This document shows, in pieces, positions 1 to 10,044 of a DNA stretch of 64,000 nucleotides (position 1 is its first letter; every line of letters begins with the position of its first letter). The position numbers were made by a program, and so were the translations under genes. The notes beneath the pieces were generated by a model, which worked only from the letters and a program-made list of their open reading frames with translations, made no database searches and was not told where the DNA came from. The stretch is from Vulcanimicrobiota bacterium (GTDB lineage Bacteria > Vulcanimicrobiota > Vulcanimicrobiia > Vulcanimicrobiales > Vulcanimicrobiaceae): contig CAVRQT010000002.1 of NCBI GenBank assembly GCA_963723515.1, positions 192,001-256,000 of the forward strand, read 5' to 3'.

Positions 1-440
1 GCGCTCTCTCCGTGTCGATTTTCGAGCGTCACGCCGTCCGCCGGAAGATGTTCCTGAAGGTGCGCCCACATCTTCTGCGCATTCGCTGCATTGACGACGA
101 GAAGCCAATGGTCGGGCAATCGATAGAAGATCACGTCATCGTGCGCTCCGGCCTGTTCGTTGCAGAAAATATTGTAGCGCGCTTGATACGGCTTCATCGT
201 GGCCACGTTGTTGGAGGTCAGACGATCCGCCCACTCGGCAACGCCGGAGCCGCGCAACACAAATTGCCCCATGTGCGAGAGGTCGAAGAGTCCGGCGCGT
301 TGACGAACCGCGTCGTGCTCTTTGAGGATCCCCGCGTATTGCAGCGGCATATCGAAGCCGCCGAAGGGCACGATGCGCGCGCCCAAAGCAACATGCTCGG
401 CATAAAGCGGCGATTGCCGCGCCGTTTGCGGAAGCGTCAT
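1..440 (-). CDS. gcvT: Glycine cleavage system T protein (aminomethyltransferase), 5' part; runs off the window start
   Basis: Not in the ORF track. Manual translation gives [59 protein letters not shown], the typical GcvT N-terminus. ATGA overlap with the upstream stop at 437-440. Confidence 0.93.
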   Translation of the reverse strand, partial: MTLPQTARQSPLYAEHVALGARIVPFGGFDMPLQYAGILKEHDAVRQRAGLFDLSHMGQFVLRGSGVAEWADRLTSNNVATMKPYQARYNIFCNEQAGAHDDVIFYRLPDHWLLVVNAANAQKMWAHLQEHLPADGVTLENRHGES

Positions 441-874
441 CGCGCCTCTTTTGGATGATTCGTGTTGAGGAAATTGAGTGTCGCGTGCGCAACGAGCTGT
501 TCGCCGCTGCGGACCATCACCTCACCGTAGACGATGCGCCGGCCGGATTTGAGGATCTTCGCTTCGGCAACTAAATCATGCGGCGGTAATGCGGGACGCA
601 GGAAGTTGCACTGCAGCGCTGCGGTTGTCGTCTCTTGCTCGCGTCCGTAAATTGAAGCCAACGCACAGTAAAAGACCGTGTCGCACAAGCTAACGATTGC
701 ACCGCCGTGCACGGCACCCGTGCCGTTTGTGATTTCCGAGCGATATGGCATGCGCATAACCGCGATACCGTTCGCGGCACTCTCCAGATGCAAGTCGAGA
801 AGCTCGACGAAGTGCGAACGCTCCTTGTCCCAAAGGTAGCGGACCAGTTCTTGATCCGCATGATCGGCGCGCAT
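437..874 (-). CDS. PaaI-family hotdog-fold thioesterase
   Basis: NGTGAVHGGAIVSLCD motif. Start taken at ATG 874; the track starts at 892. Confidence 0.88.
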   Translation of the reverse strand: MRADHADQELVRYLWDKERSHFVELLDLHLESAANGIAVMRMPYRSEITNGTGAVHGGAIVSLCDTVFYCALASIYGREQETTTAALQCNFLRPALPPHDLVAEAKILKSGRRIVYGEVMVRSGEQLVAHATLNFLNTNHPKEAR

Positions 875-919
875 GGCGCTAGCCCGCTTCAAGAGTCTTT
901 CGTACTCCGCCTCGTCGCG

Positions 920-1807
920 CTAAAATGTATCGCCGGACGCTTCAAGCGCTCGGCGCAGATATAAAGGAAGAGCGAAGATTCGGCGGTGCGTTTGGGCGTC
1001 GTAGAAGAAATTCGCGCCGCGCAACTCACTCGTGTAGCGGTCGATCGCAGATGGATCTAACTCTGCGACGTCGATCTCGTCGCTACAGGCGATGAACGAC
1101 CAATCGTTATCAAATGCCGGGACGTGCGTGTAGAAGGAACGGACGTGGCGATAGTACTCTCGCAACGTGCGCGCCATTTTGGCGTGAAGCGTGCAGTTAT
1201 GAAAGCCCGCGCTACTCGCTTGAAGGGTGTAGACGCCGCCGTCTGCGAGGCGCGCTTTGATCGCCTCGAACACCGGCGCACAGAAGAGCGGATGGGACGG
1301 TGAGTCGCCGAGCGGCTCGGTTAGATCGGAGATAATGACGCCGTAGCGCTCTTGGTCTTCATGTAAGAATTGGACGGCGTCGCCGATGAGGACACGCGCG
1401 CGCGGATCATCGAATGCGCCGGCGGACCACTCCGGCAAGTATTCCTTGGAGAGCTCAACGACTTGCCCGTCGATGTCCACCATCGTTGCGCGCTGGACGT
1501 CCGGGCAACGCAAGACCTCGCGCAGCGTCGCTCCTTCACCGCCGCCCAAAATCAAGATTTTGGATCGATCGCGCGCCGCCGCAAGCGCGGGGTGCACCAG
1601 CGCTTCATGGTAGATCTTCTCGTCGGCCTGTGAACTTTGCGTGTCGCCGTCGATGATCAGCATCTTGCCGAATACCGGCGTGCGAACGACGCCGACGCTT
1701 TGATATGGCGTGCGTCCGGCGTAATAAAATTCTTCGATTGCGTGGCGGTGCTCTTCACTCGGAGAGAACTGCTCGACGTACCATTGCCAGCGTTCCGTTT
1801 TAGGCAT
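920..1807 (-). CDS. speE: Polyamine aminopropyltransferase (spermidine synthase family)
   Basis: IDGDTQSSQADEKIYHEAL, LILGGGEGATLRE, VDID and DLTEP motifs; adjacent to speD. Confidence 0.92.
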   Translation of the reverse strand: MPKTERWQWYVEQFSPSEEHRHAIEEFYYAGRTPYQSVGVVRTPVFGKMLIIDGDTQSSQADEKIYHEALVHPALAAARDRSKILILGGGEGATLREVLRCPDVQRATMVDIDGQVVELSKEYLPEWSAGAFDDPRARVLIGDAVQFLHEDQERYGVIISDLTEPLGDSPSHPLFCAPVFEAIKARLADGGVYTLQASSAGFHNCTLHAKMARTLREYYRHVRSFYTHVPAFDNDWSFIACSDEIDVAELDPSAIDRYTSELRGANFFYDAQTHRRIFALPLYLRRALEASGDTF

Positions 1808-1870
1808 GTTGATGCGGCGCGCCGCTATCGCGGCTCGCGTCTTACTCCAGCGTTGCGGTGAAGGGTGGGG

Positions 1871-2359
1871 TTATGCGCTGCGTCCGGAGAGGGCGCGCTC
1901 TTCGCGATCTGTCGTGATGACGTGCGTAAACTCGCCTTTGGCCGCTTCGATGCCACGCTTTACTTCGGTCGTGCGCATCGTCGAAGCGCCGAAGGCTCGC
2001 GCCGCGTATTCGCATGCGGCCCACGGATCGGTGTGCTCGCCGCACGTGTAAAAATCCATGGCTGCATAACCCGTCTCGGGCCATGTGTGGATCGAAAGAT
2101 GCGATTCAGCCAGCACGACCACGCCGGAGACTCCCTGCGGCTCGAACCGGTGAAATGCGGTCTCCATGATCGTTGCCTTGGCTTCGCGTGCCGCCTGCAC
2201 GAGGTGTGATCGGACGCCGTTGACATCGCTGAGCACTTTGCGATCGCAGCCCGAAAGCTCGCAGACGATGTGAGTGCCGAGTGCCTTCAATTTGCTCTCC
2301 TCGAGTTTTGGGAAATCCCACCTCCGGACTACGTCGGCTGGCGTCTGCGGTGCAGTCAC
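1871..2359 (-). CDS. speD: S-adenosylmethionine decarboxylase proenzyme
   Basis: LAESHLSIHTWPE self-cleavage motif and DFYTCG. Confidence 0.95.
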   Translation of the reverse strand: MTAPQTPADVVRRWDFPKLEESKLKALGTHIVCELSGCDRKVLSDVNGVRSHLVQAAREAKATIMETAFHRFEPQGVSGVVVLAESHLSIHTWPETGYAAMDFYTCGEHTDPWAACEYAARAFGASTMRTTEVKRGIEAAKGEFTHVITTDREERALSGRSA

Positions 2360-2489
2360 GTCCCCGACCTATCGGCGAACTCTTGCCGGCGCGTTTCGGT
2401 GCGCGGGCGTCTCGCCGCGATGGCACGTTCGGGCGTGCCTCCCCTCCCGTGGCGTTCTCGGCCTCTCCTGCCGAAAACGCTCGGCGACT

Positions 2490-2518
2490 ATAGTACCCCC
2501 CTTGCCCCCCTCTGTAAA
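2490..2518 (-). promoter_or_regulatory. Sigma70-type promoter of speD-speE
   Basis: Minus strand TTTACA (2518-2513), 17-nt spacer, TACTAT (2495-2490). Confidence 0.65.
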
Positions 2519-2595
2519 GGTGACGGCGTACCGTCGTCGCCGCGAAGCCGGCGGAGTTCGCAACCCGGCACACAGGGCGTACGTTGAAGAAAGTG

Positions 2596-2643
2596 AAGAT
2601 ACTACTTACTTATCTTGACCGCCCGTGGGTACAAGGGTACCCT
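2596..2643 (+). promoter_or_regulatory. sufB promoter with a palindromic operator overlapping the -35
   Basis: TTGACC (2615-2620)-N17-TACCCT (2638-2643); inverted repeat AAGATA-N9-TATCTT (2596-2616). Confidence 0.6.
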
Positions 2644-2680
2644 CGAAGCCGCGGAACGATAGGGGAACGGAAGAAAGCGC

Positions 2681-4098
2681 ATGGCGACCCAACTGAAGCC
2701 GACGACCTTAATTGAGGATTACCGCCACGGGTTCCACGACCCGCGAGGACGGTACGTCTTCAAGTCGGGCAAAGGGGCTGACGCGCGACATCGTTCACCG
2801 CATCAGCGAGATGAAGAACGAGCCGGCAGTGGATGCGAGAGTTCCGGCTCAAAGCGCTCGACATTTTCTTGAGCAAACCGATGCCGACGTGGGGCGACAC
2901 CGCGCTTCTCAACGAGATCGATTTTGACAACATCCACTACTTCGTCAAATCGACCGAAGGCACGGAGCGTTCATGGGACGACGTGCCGGACGACATCAAG
3001 CGCACATTCGATCGTCTGGGGATTCCGGAAGCAGAGCGCAAGTTTTTGGCGGGCGTTTCCGCGCAATACGAATCCGAGGTCGTCTACCACTCGATTCGCG
3101 AGGATCTTGAGAAGCAAGGCGTCCTCTTCTGCGACATGGACACCGCATTGCGCGAGCATCCGGAGATCGTCAAGAAGTATTTCGCGACCATCATTCCGCC
3201 GGGCGATAACAAGTTTGCTGCGCTGAATTCCGCAGTCTGGTCCGGCGGATCGTTCGTCTACGTGCCGCCGGGCGTTGAAGTGAAGACGCCGCTTCAGGCC
3301 TACTTCCGCATCAACATGGAGAACATGGGCCAGTTCGAGCGGACGCTGATCATTGCCGACAAAGGTTCGAAGGTTCACTACATCGAGGGTTGTACGGCGC
3401 CGAAGTTCTCGACGAGTTCGCTGCATAGCGCGGTCGTTGAATTGATCGCGATGGAAGGCGCTTCGATTCGTTACACGACGATCCAGAACTGGTATCGCAA
3501 CATCTTCAATTTGGTCACAAAGCGTGCGATCGCACACAAGAACGCGACGGTCGAATGGGTCGACGGCAACATGGGCTCGCGGCTGACGATGAAGTATCCG
3601 TCGATCTACTTGATGGGCGAAGGCGCGCGCGGCGAGATTCTTTCGATGGCGTTTGCCAGCGAAGGGCAGCATCAGGATGCCGGCGCAAAGGTCATTCATG
3701 TCGCTCCGAACACAACCTCGATGGTGACGAACAAATCAGTCTCGGCGCACGGCGGCAAGACGACGTACCGCGGGCTGGTTGAGATTTTCCCCGGCGCAGT
3801 CGGCGCAAAGACGCGCGTTCGTTGCGACGCGCTGATCATGGACGAGAAATCGTCGAGCGATACGAAACCGACGATGAAGATTCACGAGCAACGCGCGACC
3901 GTCGAGCATGAGGCCAGCGTCTCGAAGCTCGGCGAAGATCAGTTGTTTTACGCGATGAGCCGCGGCTTCAGCGAAGCCGAAGCAACTGCGATGATCGTCA
4001 ACGGCTTCTTTGACTTCTTCGTCAAGGAGTTGCCAATGGAGTATGCGCTCGAACTCAATCGCTTGGTCCAATTAGAGATGGAAGGTGCGGTAGGTTAA
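2681..4098 (+). CDS. sufB: Fe-S cluster assembly protein SufB (5' end split by apparent indels)
   Basis: [39 protein letters not shown] and YTTIQNW motifs; N-terminal pieces in ORFs 2681, 2712 and 2833. Confidence 0.95.
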
Positions 4099-4104
4099 TA
4101 TTAT

Positions 4105-4186
4105 TCGAAGAAAATGCAAGCATTTTCTTCGAGGAGAATCAAGCGGTAGAAACAAGAGCGGACAATAAATGCCCGCTCTTGTTTCT
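4105..4186. terminator. Two perfect hairpins after sufB (likely terminator region between convergent genes)
   Basis: TCGAAGAAAATGC-aa-GCATTTTCTTCGA (4105-4132) and AGAAACAAGAGCGG-N11-CCGCTCTTGTTTCT (4148-4186). Confidence 0.6.
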
Positions 4187-4318
4187 TAATTCGGCCGCAC
4201 TTCCTAGGCGTACATCGGTGCTTCACGCAATCACAACAAATGTCAGAGCTTTCGCAGGAAAACGCCGCCAAAACGCCGCGTCATCAACCAAAGTGTGAGA
4301 TGGCAGACTATGTAGGCA

Positions 4319-4612
4319 TTACTGAAGTGCCGGGCGGTGGACCCGAGTACCGCAGGGCGGCCCGCCACGCACGCGTCGCAGTTCTTGCTCGATCGGCCAA
4401 TCCGCGAATGCGAAGTAGATCAGCACGATAAAATTGACAAGCGGTACCAGCATCAGCAGCGACAGAATTCCACTGTAGCCTGCCTTCGATGCGATGCGCC
4501 AATAGCAAACGATCGTCAAAACGATGATCGCGCAGATAAAGAGCAACCAAATCAACCAAAAAGCGCCGAAGAGCGCCATCCATTGGGCATTGTGAGCGTC
4601 GGAAGTAGGCAT
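4319..4612 (-). CDS. Small membrane protein (DUF805-like)
   Basis: Hydrophobic helices; WRIASKAGYSGILSLLMLVPLVN..FAFADWP pattern; upstream GAAGGAG RBS. Confidence 0.75.
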   Translation of the reverse strand: MPTSDAHNAQWMALFGAFWLIWLLFICAIIVLTIVCYWRIASKAGYSGILSLLMLVPLVNFIVLIYFAFADWPIEQELRRVRGGPPCGTRVHRPALQ

Positions 4613-4674
4613 AAGCTATGACTCCTTCATAAAGAGCATTCCGACTCAACTTCTGATTTGGAGCTTCAACCCCT

Positions 4675-4977
4675 ATGGCCGAACCCGTCGCAAAGAAGTC
4701 CTCAATTGCACCCGGCACCACGATGAAAGTTATGGTCGACGAAGCGCCGGTGTTATTATGCAACGTTGACAACCAAATCTACGCGATCGAAGACGTCTGC
4801 ACGCATGACGGCGGCGAGCTGGACCAAGGCGACCTCGAAGGCGATCGCATCATGTGTCCGCGCCACGGTTCGTATTTCGACGTAAAAACCGGTGATGCGC
4901 TGACGCTTCCTGCCGTGTTGCCTGTGGCGACGTACAATGTGCGCGTCGAGGGTGACGACATCTACGTCGAAGCGTAA
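4675..4977 (+). CDS. Rieske (2Fe-2S) ferredoxin, non-heme dioxygenase ferredoxin type
   Basis: CTH...CPRHG Rieske ligands; this family often accompanies suf genes. Confidence 0.92.
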   Translation: MAEPVAKKSSIAPGTTMKVMVDEAPVLLCNVDNQIYAIEDVCTHDGGELDQGDLEGDRIMCPRHGSYFDVKTGDALTLPAVLPVATYNVRVEGDDIYVEA

Positions 4978-4992
4978 CGTCGCGAGGGAACG

Positions 4993-7196
4993 TTGGACTA
5001 CTTAATAAGGTTCTTGATAGTTAAGCGAATCGGCGTGGTGCTGATTAGCCGCGGCCGCTGTGCTGCGCCCTGGCGATTGGTGCATTTGTCCTTTATTTGG
5101 CGATCAGTTTTCACACCGCCGTTTCACGTACCGATGGAACGATGAAGTTGCCCGGCCTGCGCGCGCCCGTCAGCATCGTTCGTGACGAACGCGATATCCC
5201 GCACATCACCGCACGCAACGAACATGACCTCTTCGAAGCGCAGGGATTCGCCGAAGGTTCGGATCGGTTGTTCCAAATCGATCTGACACGTCGCGCCGTG
5301 TACGGACGGCTCGCCGAATGGTTCGGCGCTCGTGCTTTAGACGCGGATGAGCGCGCGCGAATTATCGACGTGCGTGGCATCGTTGCTCGCCAATTCTCGC
5401 ATTTGACCGCAGCGCCAGCGCGATGAACTGCGAGCATTTAGCGACGGCGTTAACGCGGCGATCCAATCGCAGCCGCTTCCCTTTGAGTATCGTCTCTTGA
5501 TGGTGCGCCCGGAGCATTGGACGTCCCGAGGATTCACTCGCCGTCGGTTTTGCAACGGTGCTCGTGCTCTCCGATTCGTATCGCGACGTGCTTGAGCGTG
5601 ACGCCGTCTACAATGCTTCTACGATCGCGCCATCCACCATCATTAGCCGAACGTCGAGCAATACGACGCGCTCTATCCGTTATCGGATCCTAAGTACGAG
5701 GCGCCGACGGCCGAAGCTGCGGGTCGCGCGGGCAGTAACGCTTGGGCAGCGGGAGCCGCGCATTCCTCGACGGGCCGAGCACTCTTAGCGAACGATCCGC
5801 ACCTCGCGCCGTCGATTCCGGGAATCTGGTATCTCGTCGATCTGCGCGCGCCGAGCTACCATGCCGCGGGCGCCTCGCTCGCGGGAACGCCGGGCGTGAT
5901 TCTGGGACACAACGACTCGATTGCTTGGGGAGTCACGAACGGAGATGCGGCAGCGGTTAGCGTCTTCTGCCGGCTCGCGCCATCGAGGTTCGACGCCGTC
6001 GAGGAACGCTTTCATGTGCGCTTTGGCGGCGCGACAGTCGCGAAGTTATTTTCGAGATCGGCGCGGCTTCTATGTTTACGACGATCAAACAAATGAAAAG
6101 TGCCTCGTCGCATGGAGCGCCTACACTAACCCGACATCCCCGATCTCTGCATTTGATGGGCTGGATCGCGCAGCGTCGCTCGAAGCGGCGCGAGCGGCGC
6201 TGCTGCAATATCCTGGACCGACGCAGAACTTCGTTGTGGCACAGCGCGATGGGCGCGTTGCATATCAGCTCGCCGGTTGGATTCCAAACGACCCGGCGTG
6301 GGCGCGTTACGCGCACCGCGAGGGCTATCGTGCCTACCCGATCTTGCCGTTTCGTCTTCTGCCGCATGTTGCCGCTTCACAAAACGCAATCGTTTGGACC
6401 GCGAACAATAAAATGTACGGCAAGAGTTACAGGTACCGGCTCAGCGCGACATTCGAGCAGCCATATCGTGCCTTTCGCATCGAGCAATTGCTCAAAGGCC
6501 CGGCGCAAATACGACGTAGCGTATTTCTCGCAGATGCAAGCCGACGTCTATTCGATCGCGGATCTCGAGTTGGCGAAAGCGTTGGGCGCCATCGCGAAGC
6601 GCAGCCCATTTCCGAGTCAGCAGCCAGTGTTCGCGGCGATTGCCCGCTGGGACGGACAGTTCGAGCCGGATTCGAGCGCAGCCACGATCGTACATGACAT
6701 GCGCGTCAACGAAACGGCATCGCCCTTCGGCGGACGCGATCTGATTACGTCATTCCTTGAAGATCTACGCAGGAAACGATCGAGCAACGCGCACGATACG
6801 GTGGATCGCGCATTCCATTGTCCAACGGTTGCGCGCGCTCCCTGCGTGCGCCGAATTCCATGGCGCGAGGCAGGTGCTGTAACGATCCGCCATCCGCTTC
6901 ACGGCCTGGGGATTGGATGGCTCGATGGGCCAACATTCCCTGGCGACGGCGACAAATTTACGATTCGCGTTCAGCGCCAACCGTTCACGCAAAGTTTTCG
7001 CGCAGTCTGGGACGTGGGGAATTGGGACGCCGGCGGCATCGTCATTCCATGCGGCGAGTCGGGCGAACCTGGTTCACCGCATTATCAAGATTTAGCACGT
7101 GATTGGATCGCTCACCGTCTCATTGCGTTGCCTTTCTCTAGCGTTGCTGTAAGGCGCCACGCCGTCAGCACACAAACGCTCGTACCTTGGGAATAA
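4993..7196 (+). CDS. Penicillin acylase family (Ntn hydrolase), several apparent frameshifts; start approximate
   Basis: IVRDERDIPHI, AQGFAEGSDRLFQIDL, GSNAW near 5732, ILGHNDSIAWGVTN, QNFVVA, TANN, GESGEPGSPHYQD. Confidence 0.85.
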
Positions 7197-7197
7197 G

Positions 7198-7473
7198 ATG
7201 GTTATGGCCAAGAAGAAACACCGTTACAGCGCAAAGGAACACCGGCAGATCGAGCACATCAAGCAGAGCGAAGAAGCGCGCGGCCTTTCCGCGCAACAAG
7301 CCCAAGCGATCGGATACGCTACGGTCAATAAGCAAGATCCCGCCAAGCATCGATTTACGGCGAAGGAAGATCGTCAAGCCGAGCACATCATCGAGTCAGA
7401 AGAGTCGCGCGGCAAGTCGAAGGCCGACGCGAAGCGCATTGCCTATGCGACGGTCAACAAGCAGCGCTCTTAA
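7198..7473 (+). CDS. Small basic protein made of two tandem copies of a ~42-aa domain
   Basis: KHRYSAKEHRQIEHIKQSEEARG..GYATVNKQ / KHRFTAKEDRQAEHIIESEESRG..AYATVNKQ. Confidence 0.8.
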   Translation: MVMAKKKHRYSAKEHRQIEHIKQSEEARGLSAQQAQAIGYATVNKQDPAKHRFTAKEDRQAEHIIESEESRGKSKADAKRIAYATVNKQRS

Positions 7474-7479
7474 CGAACG

Positions 7480-7662
7480 CTAAACGATTTCGTCTTCATC
7501 CGCCTGGTGGACGCTGCGCTGATCGTCCTGATTCGGATTCATGTCGGTGTCACCGTACACGGCTTCATTGCGCTGCCGCGGCGGTTCGGGCTTCTCTTCG
7601 CGAATGATGTTCGTGATCGTCCGTTCGGCGGTGGTATCGTCGAGGTCATTCCGTTTGTCCAT
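7480..7662 (-). CDS. Small acidic hypothetical protein
   Basis: 60-aa ORF filling the intergenic gap directly downstream of the hydrolase gene. Confidence 0.55.
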   Translation of the reverse strand: MDKRNDLDDTTAERTITNIIREEKPEPPRQRNEAVYGDTDMNPNQDDQRSVHQADEDEIV

Positions 7663-7671
7663 GGGATGCTG

Positions 7672-8623
7672 TTACCCGTTTTTTAACGCGTTCGATAAGA
7701 ACTCGGTTATCTGCGGCCACGCCTGCGCTGCTGCACGCACATTCGCGTCTTTGGTACCGCCGAGCAAGAGCGTCGCAGGTCCCATAGGCGCCTGGGTCAG
7801 TGGCTGCTGCGGCGTCGCAAATAAGAAGATGTGCCCGGCGCCCGCAAAGTGTTGGAAGACGTCATTGTATGGATGGCTGTGTGCTTTGAGGTAAGCCATT
7901 CCGAGCTCTGATTGCGCGACAGAATTCCAAATCTGGTCGTCGTCCGCGGCAATGAAAAAGATGGGGCCATGCACGTTTTCCAGGTGAAACATCGCCGCGG
8001 GAATCGTCGCGGCGTTTTCTTTCATCGAAGCGTCGTAGCCGGGCCGCAAATCAAGCGGTTTGCCCTGCGCGAACGCCGCCCCAAAAATCGCCCCCATCGA
8101 AGAGCTATACGGCACGAAAGGCACGGGTTTGCCCGCAACACGTCCATGACGAATGCGCAGTCGGTTCGGGCCCTTGCGCAATGCTTTGCCAAGCGAACGG
8201 ACTCGGAACATCTGCAACGACGGCATGAATTTGCGGGTAGGTTGATGCCGCCAACAGTGCAAATTCGCCCCCTTTTGAGATGCCGAAGATCGCAATGCGA
8301 TTCGCATCGACGTCGGCACGCGCGCTGATTGCATCGAGCGCCTTGCCGACCGTCTCAACCGGAATCTCTTCTAGAATTTGCGGGAGTCCCGGCAGCCCGA
8401 AATACGCAACCGACGCCGCAAGGTATCCCGCCGAAGCAAAGCGCGGCGCGGAATAAGACATCTGATTTCCGCCTTCGGAGCCGCCCAACAGCAGAATCGC
8501 CGGATGTTTTCCGGTGCTGGACGGGGTGCAAATCGTCCCAACAAATCCGGTGGCATTCGTGCAATTGGGAGGAAGCGATGGTGTCGCGGCTGCGATCGTT
8601 AGCGCCGCCAAAAAAGATAACAC
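7672..8623 (-). CDS. Secreted acyl-CoA thioester hydrolase / BAAT-family alpha/beta hydrolase (one apparent frameshift near 8150)
   Basis: LGGSEGG, GISKGGEFAL nucleophile elbow, AADDDQIW and FAGAGH; signal peptide. Confidence 0.85.
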
Positions 8624-8909
8624 TATGAAACTCTCCCTTGCTTAAGAATTGCTTGCATTTCACGAACGTGGTGGACGAATGCTGCGCGGCCTTGTTTCGT
8701 CAAGCCGGTAGCGCGTTTGCGGTCGTCGATCGACGAAAATCTTCTCCTCGGAAACGTAACCGCGCGTCGACGAGCTTCGCTAAGTGAGCGCCGAGGTTCC
8801 CCTGCGTTGTTCCGATTGCTTTTTGCAACGCAGGGAACGTTGCCCACTCAGCCGTCAGCAACTCAGCGATCGCGCTCAGCCGAATCTTTGAGAGCAAAAG
8901 CTCATCCAT
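8623..8909 (-). CDS. Winged-helix (MarR-like, HTH_34 type) transcriptional regulator, apparent frameshift
   Basis: MDELLLSKIRLSAIAEL...TTQGNLGAHLAKL and C-terminal LTKQGRAAFVHHVREMQAIL. Confidence 0.8.
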
Positions 8910-9486
8910 TATAGCGACGCCCGTGCGGCCCGCTTCAGTGGCGATACCGGCGCCCACATATCCGATCAGCATGCCGAGCGCCAAAATGATGCCTATCGCA
9001 TGCGGGAAAAAATTCGCAACAATGATCGAAGCGAACAACACGACGCCGCCTCCGAGTGCAAAACGATTTCCTTGGACCCCAATAAACGTTAGCGGTATCG
9101 CATAGGCGATCGACCAGATCGCGCCGTCGGCCCAACCGTTGAAGATATTTCCTGAGAAGACGGCGACGCCGGCTGCGCACAGCGATATGTAGAGCACACG
9201 AAGATACTGTGCCTGAATGATGCTTAGCCGCCCGCAGCGACGCGCTCGGCTTGCATAGACGATCGTCGTTGTTATGGCTGCGCCGTAAAGGATGATCGCC
9301 GGCACAAACCACCACCAGACGAATACGCGTCGAGTACCAGCTGATCGCCTGAAACGTCAAGTCGACGACAGCGGCCACGACGCCCCAAAACACCAACAGC
9401 GTTCCGCTGGGGTGAATCGTGCGTTCAGCGTGCGCTAAGACGCGATCGACGACGTCGAGCTGCTCGCGCGCTTCGGGCACATTCAT
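8910..9486 (-). CDS. Multi-pass membrane protein (apparent frameshift; 3' end approximate)
   Basis: MNVPEAREQLDVVDRVL..LLVFWG continuing into the hydrophobic ORF 8700-9305. Confidence 0.65.
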
Positions 9487-9531
9487 ATGCGCGGTCCCCA
9501 TCCGGCGAAGGTTGTATGAATGGCGATCGAT

Positions 9532-9600
9532 TTAGGCTCGTCGTGAGCTCAGCCGCAGACCGCGCTCCGGAGTCAACGAGTGCGACGCAGGCATGATCAT
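9532..9600 (-). CDS. Small ORF (22 aa as read) at the head of the membrane protein-HTH operon
   Basis: Strong RBS AGAAAGGA (9617-9610), then ATG ATC ATG...TAA. Confidence 0.4.
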   Translation of the reverse strand: MIMPASHSLTPERGLRLSSRRA

Positions 9601-9617
9601 GGTTTGTCGTCCTTTCT

Positions 9618-9713
9618 TAGACTACTCTATTATTTAGACTAGTCTAGAGATTACCGAAAAGAACGCGGCTTGTCAAGCGCTGTTTGACACTCCGAACAAG
9701 CCGATGTTAAGGT
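9618..9713. promoter_or_regulatory. Divergent sigma70 promoters with a duplicated palindromic operator
   Basis: Minus strand: TTGACA (9676-9671)-N17-TAATCT (9653-9648). Plus strand: TTGACA (9684-9689) and TG-n-TAAGGT (9705-9713) before rplU. Operator copies TAGACTACTCTA (9618-9629) and TAGACTAGTCTA (9635-9646). Confidence 0.7.
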
Positions 9714-9722
9714 TCCTAGGTT

Positions 9723-10035
9723 ATGTATGCGATCATCGAGACAGGCGGCAAGCAATTCAAGGTCGCCGAGGGGGACGTCATCCGCTGCGACATCGCCGGC
9801 GGAGCCGGGATCCGACGTGACCTTCGACCGAGTTGCGCTGGCCGGCAAAGGCGCGAAATCGCTCGTCGGGACGCCGGTCGTCGAAGGCGCCAAAGTGACC
9901 GGCACGGTTCTGCGCCAGGGCAAAGGGCGCAAGATCTTGGTTTTCAAGTACAAGCCGAAGAAACGCGTTCGCAAGCTGACCGGCCACCGCCAGCGATTCT
10001 CGGAAGTGAAGATCACAAAGATCGACCTTCCCTAA
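9723..10035 (+). CDS. rplU: 50S ribosomal protein L21 (apparent frameshift near 9795)
   Basis: MYAIIETGGKQFKVAEGD and KILVFKYKPKKRVRKLTGHRQRFSEVKI. Confidence 0.96.
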
Positions 10036-10044
10036 GGCAGCCGC

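Noticed and set aside
12..458. Plus-strand 148-aa ORF and the many other long antisense or alternate-frame ORFs in the track
   Set aside because: These are shadow ORFs expected at high GC, overlapping well-supported genes (here gcvT) and lacking recognisable motifs.
4190..4320. Possible small ORF or degenerate duplicate of the 4319-4612 gene (both begin ATGCCTAC on the minus strand)
   Set aside because: A stop occurs at codon 4 and the similarity is limited to a few short words; not supportable.
8700..9305. Membrane protein-HTH fusion
   Set aside because: A TAATG stop/start overlap sits at the HTH Met and the region has other indels, so two coupled genes are more likely.
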